DNA of 58,949 nucleotides, the filler included, from Dugesia japonica (lineage: Eukaryota), in NCBI GenBank assembly GCA_001938525.1. It is 5 parts of 5 records of this genome, joined end to end, with 100 filler letters (N's around TTAATTAATTAA, not from the genome) between each part and the next. Parts side by side here need not be neighbours in the genome. Positions count along the whole stretch, not along the records: positions 39,926 to 58,949 come from MQRL01319692.1; 4 more parts are not named here. The stretch is one strand, 5' to 3'. This document shows, one piece after another, positions 52,498-58,949 of the stretch. Position 1 is the first letter of the stretch, and every line of letters begins with the position of its first letter. Position numbers and translations under genes: made by a program. The notes under the pieces are model-generated. The model saw only the letters and a list, made by a program, of their open reading frames with translations. It did no database searches and was not told the DNA's origin.

Positions 52498-52665
52498 GTT
52501 ATCGATTTGGAATATTTAATAAATTTATATGAATTAACAAGAAGAACTAAATGCATGTATGAACCTGAATTATTTCCTGCGTTACGACTTATATAATTCA
52601 ATCCATTCTGTGTAAACGTATTTTTATCTGGAAAAATAGTCTTTTATAGGAATCAAAACATTAGA
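52498..52665 (+). pseudogene. TATA-binding protein (TBP)-like core repeat fragment
   Basis: VIDLEYLINLYELTRRTKCMYEPELFPALRLI*FNPFCVNVFLSGKIV, then a frameshift into IGIK. This aligns with TBP repeat 2 (DVKFPIRLEGL...SYEPELFPGLIYRM..P..VLLIFVSGKVVLTGAK). Confidence 0.75.
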
Positions 52666-55600
52666 TTATCAACCTCAAGTCGATGTTGTGATATCTGATT
52701 TGAATAATTTCATTATGAAAACTAAATCAATGCAGAAAACAAAATCAATACTTGAACAAAGCATGCACATTGATGCATGAAGCATGCACATTGCAAAACG
52801 TAAACAAAAGAAGATGACCAATATAAGTTAAAATGATAGAAATGTCTAAAGAAATGTTCATAAATCAAATGGTTAAATATGAGTTACACTATTGAATGCA
52901 AAAATATGGATACAGGTTTTAATGATGATGATGAATTTTCAGAACATGATGAATGCAGTAAATATACAATACCTAAAGAAAATAAATATCATGTTCATGA
53001 ATTTGATAGAGTAAAAGGTTAGTTTATTTTATAACTTTAATTAATTAACTAATTTGTTTCGAGTAATTGTTAAAGATATTTTGGAAGAACAATTTTATAA
53101 TTTAAGAAATGATTTATTGGTATCATATCAAAATGTATACCAGAGTTGACATAGAAAAAAACCATTAGAAAATACTTTTATACTTCCCATATTCGTGCAC
53201 ATGTTGTCAACTAACGAAACTTAGAAGGATTGTAATCAAATTTATTAAATAAATCTTGGTTAATGAATCTTGTTTTCATTGTGTTTGTACTATTAATTGT
53301 TTTATGTACAATAATAAGACAACAGTAATAAAACACATTAGTAATAACTAAACGACATATTCAAATTAAAATATTTATTAATATAACACTTCTATTCTAT
53401 CTTTTTAATACTTTGTACTTTCCATATTGGAGCCACATTGTTTTCCAATGTCTTATATCCTAGTATTTGACTGTAATAATTGATTTACTCGAATTTTCGT
53501 AGGGGATCTCTTCCTTCAAGCTGATGAATGATATATTTAATCTTTCTATAAATTAATTAATTCAGGAAAACCACATTTGATCTCACAAGATGATGATATA
53601 TATTATCTATATATATCTTCTGTAAGAGTAATGAATTTCAATTTTAAACAATTTTAAACAAACTACATATTTATATAGTATTAAGTGTGTGTGCGTGTGT
53701 TAGACAACTGTATGTGTGTTTCAAATTAAATCAGTAAAACAAACGATTTATTAATTTAATTTTTATCAAATTTCATTTATATTAAATTTATATTTTATAG
53801 TTAATATTGTCCGGGGAACATTAATAATAATATTGCGCGGGAAAATTTAATGTAAATATTGTCGGGGAGAAAATCAGATTCGATAAATTTTGTTTAATTT
53901 AAACAAACATAAGCTTTTCAATTAATTTCCAAGAAGAAACTCAAAAATTATTAATTTCATTAAAATTAAACAACTAACCATTTATCTCGACTCATTTAAA
54001 CAAAGAATAATTAAACCACTTGATTTAAACAAAAATAAATAATTTCACCTCATTTAAACAAAAAACACATCAATTAAAAAAAAATTTCAAAAATTTTTAT
54101 GTAATCATTGCATAAAAATGACATCGTCATTACGCAATCACGACGTCGTTAATATACCGATTAAATTTCGATCAATCAAATTACAGTATTACTGCCACAA
54201 TTACGTTATCATCCAAAAAAAAGTCTGATCAATTAAATCGTTGGAAATCAAATTTCTACCGCAAAAATGATAGAGGGCAGCGGTACTGCAGCAGTATGGC
54301 AGTAGTTTGGACCTATCTATTTACTACGATAATCCGTCTTTAGAAAATGATCTTGATGTTATTTGTTCAGATGTATTATTTTTCATTTAAATAAATGACA
54401 GACTGACAACATTAAAATATAAATTTATTTTGATTTACAGAAAGACTTAGCCAAATATATCTTCCTCAGAGATCGTGATTGTTAGTGGTACGATTGGCTT
54501 TTTCTGTGTATTGGTCAACACCGAGGATTCTGGATCGGCAAGTTCAAGAACAGTGATAATTCGCGATGACGACTGTCGTTTCCACAATCTCTAAGAACTT
54601 AATTTGTTTTCATAAACAAATTGTTTCACGCCAACATATTTATAATTTTTACGATAATTATTTGATTTTGGTTTATATTGATTATTTGACGATTCCGAAT
54701 CTTCCAATATTGAAATAAATAAACTTGGCTACTGCCGAGTAAAAAACTGGGAAAAGAATAAAGAAGAATTGCTACTAAAATTTAAAATCAGAAAAGAAAG
54801 AAATATGGCAACGGCCAATTGGAGAATAGAAGTGTTAAATAAAATCAAATATTATATAATATCAAATCAGCAGAGAAATATAGTCATCGAAAATATCTAA
54901 TTGTTTTGGAATTTAGTATTATCAAATCTATCCAAAAACCATCCATTTTAAACAACTCAACCAAATCCACTAGACAGTTCTTAATCAAAAAATTAGTAAA
55001 TTTCTTTTAGTTCAATATTTTAATAAATTTGTTAAAAGTTCTGTTAACTTAATTTTTGCATTTTTATTAGAGGTACTTTAAACTTATTATATAATATTTT
55101 AATCTTTACACACAGCATACATCCCGGTTGTCCCAACATAGAGACAGGAGGCGCTTCCTGCCTCAACAAATGTCTCTACAAACAAAATTTAACCAAAAGA
55201 AGAAAGGTTTAAAGAAAACTAACTTATATTAACCTAATAACAATAAACAACACAAACTTATAACGATAGATAAAGATAATATCAAAAATTAAGATCATGA
55301 TAATATCATGATTCAATATTGCGCCTATATTTGGATTGGGTGATAGAAATAAAATAAATGTACTACTAATTAAAGCATACATCGGAAAGCCGGACGAGTT
55401 TGACGAATATTTTTAAATATTAATTTAAACTAAGCATATAATTGGACGAATAATTGATTGATAAAAAGACTACCATCATATTTGAATGTTTTTGCACTAC
55501 AAAGTTACAAGAATATAAAAAAGTCCCTTGCAATATTTGAGGATTTGAAATCAGAACTTAGAGAACTTATAATAATTTCGTCAGAAAGAATATGTATAAT

Positions 55601-56127
55601 AATATAATTAATAAAGTACATAATTAGAAAGAATATGTATACAAAAGTTTGGGAACTGAATGCAAAGAACGTAAGAATCAATGAAAATATCTCTATAAAT
55701 GGTAAAGCTGACATTTTCAATATTCTAATTCTCCTATTCATTGTATTTACAAACATTAATAATGTTTTTCCAATGCTTCCTTTTTACATCTATGAAGATT
55801 AGATTACCACAAACAAAATGTTTGATAATTTCAAGTAAATCATCAATCAACACAATAGAAATGAATGCATAATTTTCGATGATTTAATCAAAGCGGTAAA
55901 GAGCGGAACACTTCTTTTCAATTTCATGTTTTTTATATTTTAATAACACATGTATGCATACATACCAGTCCATTGTTTATAATGATATCCATTTTCCATT
56001 GATTTCTTTTTCCATTTCCACTGTCCACTCTATTTTGCAAGTTTTTTATCTTTCTTATTTACATGTCGTTTCTTATGCGATGTCTTTCTCTTTTCAATAA
56101 ACATAATTGAAAGTTGTTCTGGTTTAT

Positions 56128-56805
56128 AATTGTGACAGAGATAAGAAATGAATAAAATATAATAATCCAAAATCAGAAATTTCATGGGTAAAGCCAAGAG
56201 AACCATCAAAATCGCTCACAAATTCATATCATTTCGGAAACTGATGATGCTCGGCTTCTGATGAGATATTAAGGGAATGCTATTTTCCAAGATAATGGAA
56301 CCCAATTAAACAGTTTTTTCTAAACGCAACTAACACTATTAAATCCGATTAAGTCAATATTTAGAACTCAAACGCCCATATAGTAAAAAAGAAAATCTAC
56401 TTTATAATGTTACTTGAAAAGATGTTTGCTTGACAATTCTAAGACACATATTGCTTCAAAAACAAAGGACACCGTAATAAAACTTGGCTAGGAAAATTTA
56501 GAAGGCAAAGAATATTTAACGGACATTATTTCAACTGATTATTATTTGTTCCTAACGATACAGTACGCCTTTTGCGATACAGACTTTGAATCAATGGATA
56601 TCATCCGAAAATGGATTGACAGATTAATCAAGTCTAAATAATCAGAATTGTTTTTAGAAGGAATTCATCAGCTACCAGTAAGATCGCTTAAAGATATCAA
56701 TAACAATAACGGTGTTTTTTTCTGATTGAATAATTTGTGACAAATGCCTTTGTTATAAAATTTGAAATTAGCTGAAAAACTTGAATTATTTATTTGTAGA
56801 CCAAA
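56128..56805 (+). mobile_element. mariner transposase 3' remnant with TIR
   Basis: IVT.D.K*IKYNNP, WVKPREPS, ML.F**DIKG and YS.DY.C..D..LF-like segments; terminal TTATTTGTAGACCAAAT resembles a mariner TIR. Confidence 0.75.
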
Positions 56806-57002
56806 TTTTTAAAAGAAAGCGCTAAATAAAATATCAGATTCTAAGAATTTGAAATATTTATTAAAAATTAAATACTAAATAATTAATTACTAATTTTAAA
56901 TAATTTTTCACCAATACAAATTCAAAGATATTAAAAATATTTGAAAACATTCTTTATTAATACGAGTTAATTATGATAATATTAAATAACTAAAAATTCA
57001 AT

Positions 57003-57293
57003 ATGAATACTGATCAGGTCAAATGTAAAATTCATTTGGAAAATACAAATGAGTATCATCTCAATCCATCAATATTGAATTATAAAATGGAAAGAAAGTT
57101 TTCAATGAAACGACGCTATTCTACATTATTTGAAACTGGTAAATGTAATAATAAAGAATCAAATTTTGAAAGATTAGATTTGAGAAAGTTTCCTGTTAAA
57201 CGCAGGTATTCTAAATTATTTGAACCAGAGAAATTTATGGAAAAAATATTACCTATTTCTCAATTAGAATTAGCAATTAAAATCACAAAATAA
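57003..57293 (+). CDS. Small intact ORF (96 aa) with internal duplication, next to Polinton integrase
   Basis: ATG-to-stop ORF containing RKFSMKRRYSTLFE and RKFPVKRRYSKLFE. Confidence 0.4.
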   Translation: MNTDQVKCKIHLENTNEYHLNPSILNYKMERKFSMKRRYSTLFETGKCNNKESNFERLDLRKFPVKRRYSKLFEPEKFMEKILPISQLELAIKITK

Positions 57294-57419
57294 ATCCAAA
57301 TACTGTAAAGAAAGTGAAATATTTATACATATATAAACCTTTATCATTATTAAATTGTTGTATTTTATTATAATTTACTTAAATCTTTAATTTGTTGGTG
57401 TTCTATATTATTTATGTTA

Positions 57420-57715
57420 TCTTAAAATAAGCCAATACAGCCACAGTATAAAGCTGCATACGTAGAGAGATTAAATCGTATATCAAGAGATGCACTGGAA
57501 AAGTACTTTGTATATTTTAGTAATAAAACTTGGATAAATGTTTAACTGAAACATATTCATAGTTACAATCATTCGAGTCACAAATTTTTAAATAGAGCAA
57601 TACTATTTGATAACAATCACTTAAAATCGTGGTTATCAAGAACACATTCAAAAGCAAATAAAAAACCAAATTTTAAAGTTGGTGAATATGTGAGAATATG
57701 GAAAATATCAGCTTT
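57420..57715 (+). pseudogene. Polinton integrase, C-terminal half
   Basis: KAAYVERLNR...KYF...NKTWINV...SYNHSSH...KPNFKVGEYVRI. Confidence 0.85.
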
Positions 57716-57739
57716 ACCATTTATCAGTAGTTTTTAATT

Positions 57740-58125
57740 AGACTAGTTTTCAATATTCCATCTTCAAACATTAACTTGATTGCAGCTTCCATTTCAATTG
57801 CAGATTTTGACTTGACTGGAAGAGCTCTCGCAAATCTGCTAAACACGTCGATACATGTTAAAATGTACTTGTAACCTTTATTAATATTTGAAAAAGGTAT
57901 CATTTATATCAAATTAATTTGTCATAAATCGTCATCACCAATTTTTTTATTCAACCTTGTTGGAAATTTTTTCAGCATTTGTTTGTTTAGACTATACGCT
58001 AGTTGACCTGATAGCCCCGTTTGCGTATTGTCTTTCAAATTTTGTCTTGCTTTCCATATATTTTCGACTCCTTTGAATCCTGCTGAAATTTTTGGATCTG
58101 TCCATATCACCTTGGTTTTATTCAT
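57740..58125 (-). pseudogene. Polinton integrase, N-terminal half
   Basis: WTDPK.SAGFKG...QLAYSLNK...KFPTR...DDL*QINLI..NKGYKYILTCIDVFSRFARALPVKSK, the typical Polinton integrase N-terminus. Confidence 0.88.
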
Positions 58126-58949
58126 TACAATAATTTGGTGCAAATCTTAGATTAATTGAAGGTAATGATTCTAAATTTTCCATTGAGTATATCAAATTTG
58201 ATATATATTGTTGAAATTGATATGCAAAATTTGTCACATGATTTATAAAATTAATAATCGAAACGTCCTAATGAAGCACAGAATAATAATTGTGGAATTG
58301 ATGATGGGCTTTTATACTAACTACATTAGTTATAACTGTTTCTTCTTTGATTCTTGCTCATTTAATCCATAACATTGATGTCTAAAATGTACTTGTTTAT
58401 GAAAATGTGAGCAATTAACATTCGCACATTATTGACATTTTATTTCTATACAAGCCTAAAAATAATTTGAGTAGAAAGAAATTTTTTTATGATTTTATGT
58501 TTGTTTTAGGTTTAAATTAAATTAAATGTCGTGTGAAAACATTTCATTTATTTCATGATTCAATTTGTTCTAAATATTATTTATAAATTTTCAACAGGAA
58601 ATGAAACTCAACTAAATTAANTTAATAATTAATTTAATTCAATATTATTGGTTTAAAATTAAAATTATTTAATAATTAATTTCTATTTCAAATATTGAAA
58701 ATAATAAAATTAAAAAATCATGGCATATATAACAAATAATGAAAATAATATTCAACTAAAAATTTAATGTTGTGAAATGATGAATGCAACGCAATTGGAT
58801 ATGAATATTAAATATTAAAAAATATTAAAAGTATATAACAATGAAAAGCATAATAAATATGATTGTAAACAAAATAATTATTATTATCATAATAATTATT
58901 ATTATTATCTTTGAAATTATTTAAAAATCAAATCTAACATTCTATACAA

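Larger units (their letters stand above)
49900..54325. mobile_element. Polinton/Maverick (adintovirus-like) remnant
   Basis: Clustered capsid, core-protein and packaging ATPase homologues. Right end ...GGACCTATCTATTTACT (AG..CT-type terminus) is preceded by subterminal TATTG..GGGA repeats. Confidence 0.85.

Noticed and set aside
40200-54325. A single hybrid Polinton-retroelement unit
   Set aside because: The only candidate Polinton-type ends flanking it (40013 and 54325) face the same way and differ in sequence. Nested or adjacent insertion of independent elements is the simpler explanation.

Overview
Very AT-rich animal genomic DNA with ~49-nt introns, (ATT)n microsatellites and dense, decayed transposons. 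This profile suggests a triclad flatworm/planarian, but that is inference only. The window is not one locus: four artificial 100-bp spacers (44 N + TTAATTAATTAA + 44 N) join five scaffolds (1-8632, 8733-19107, 19208-28260, 28361-39825, 39926-58949). Host genes are the 3' half of a P4-ATPase flippase (ATP11-like, minus strand) and the last two exons of UBE2H (plus strand). The rest is mostly fossil mobile DNA: Tc1/mariner/pogo/hAT remnants, a MITE, an RLE-type non-LTR element, Ty3/Gypsy fragments and several Polinton/Maverick pieces (capsid, ATPase, core protein, integrase, candidate termini). Two things stand out in the last scaffold. (1) A ~9.3-kb decayed reading frame of an LTR-retroelement with an unusual order: Gag (CCHC knuckles), then 4-6 diverged ubiquitin-like modules, then an internally signal-anchored chuvirus-type glycoprotein, then two tandem aspartic proteases. 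Env therefore sits between gag and pro, apparently in one polyprotein. (2) A TATA-binding-protein (TBP) homologue fragment beside the packaging ATPase of a Polinton. All assignments come from manual translation and motif recognition; no database searches were run.
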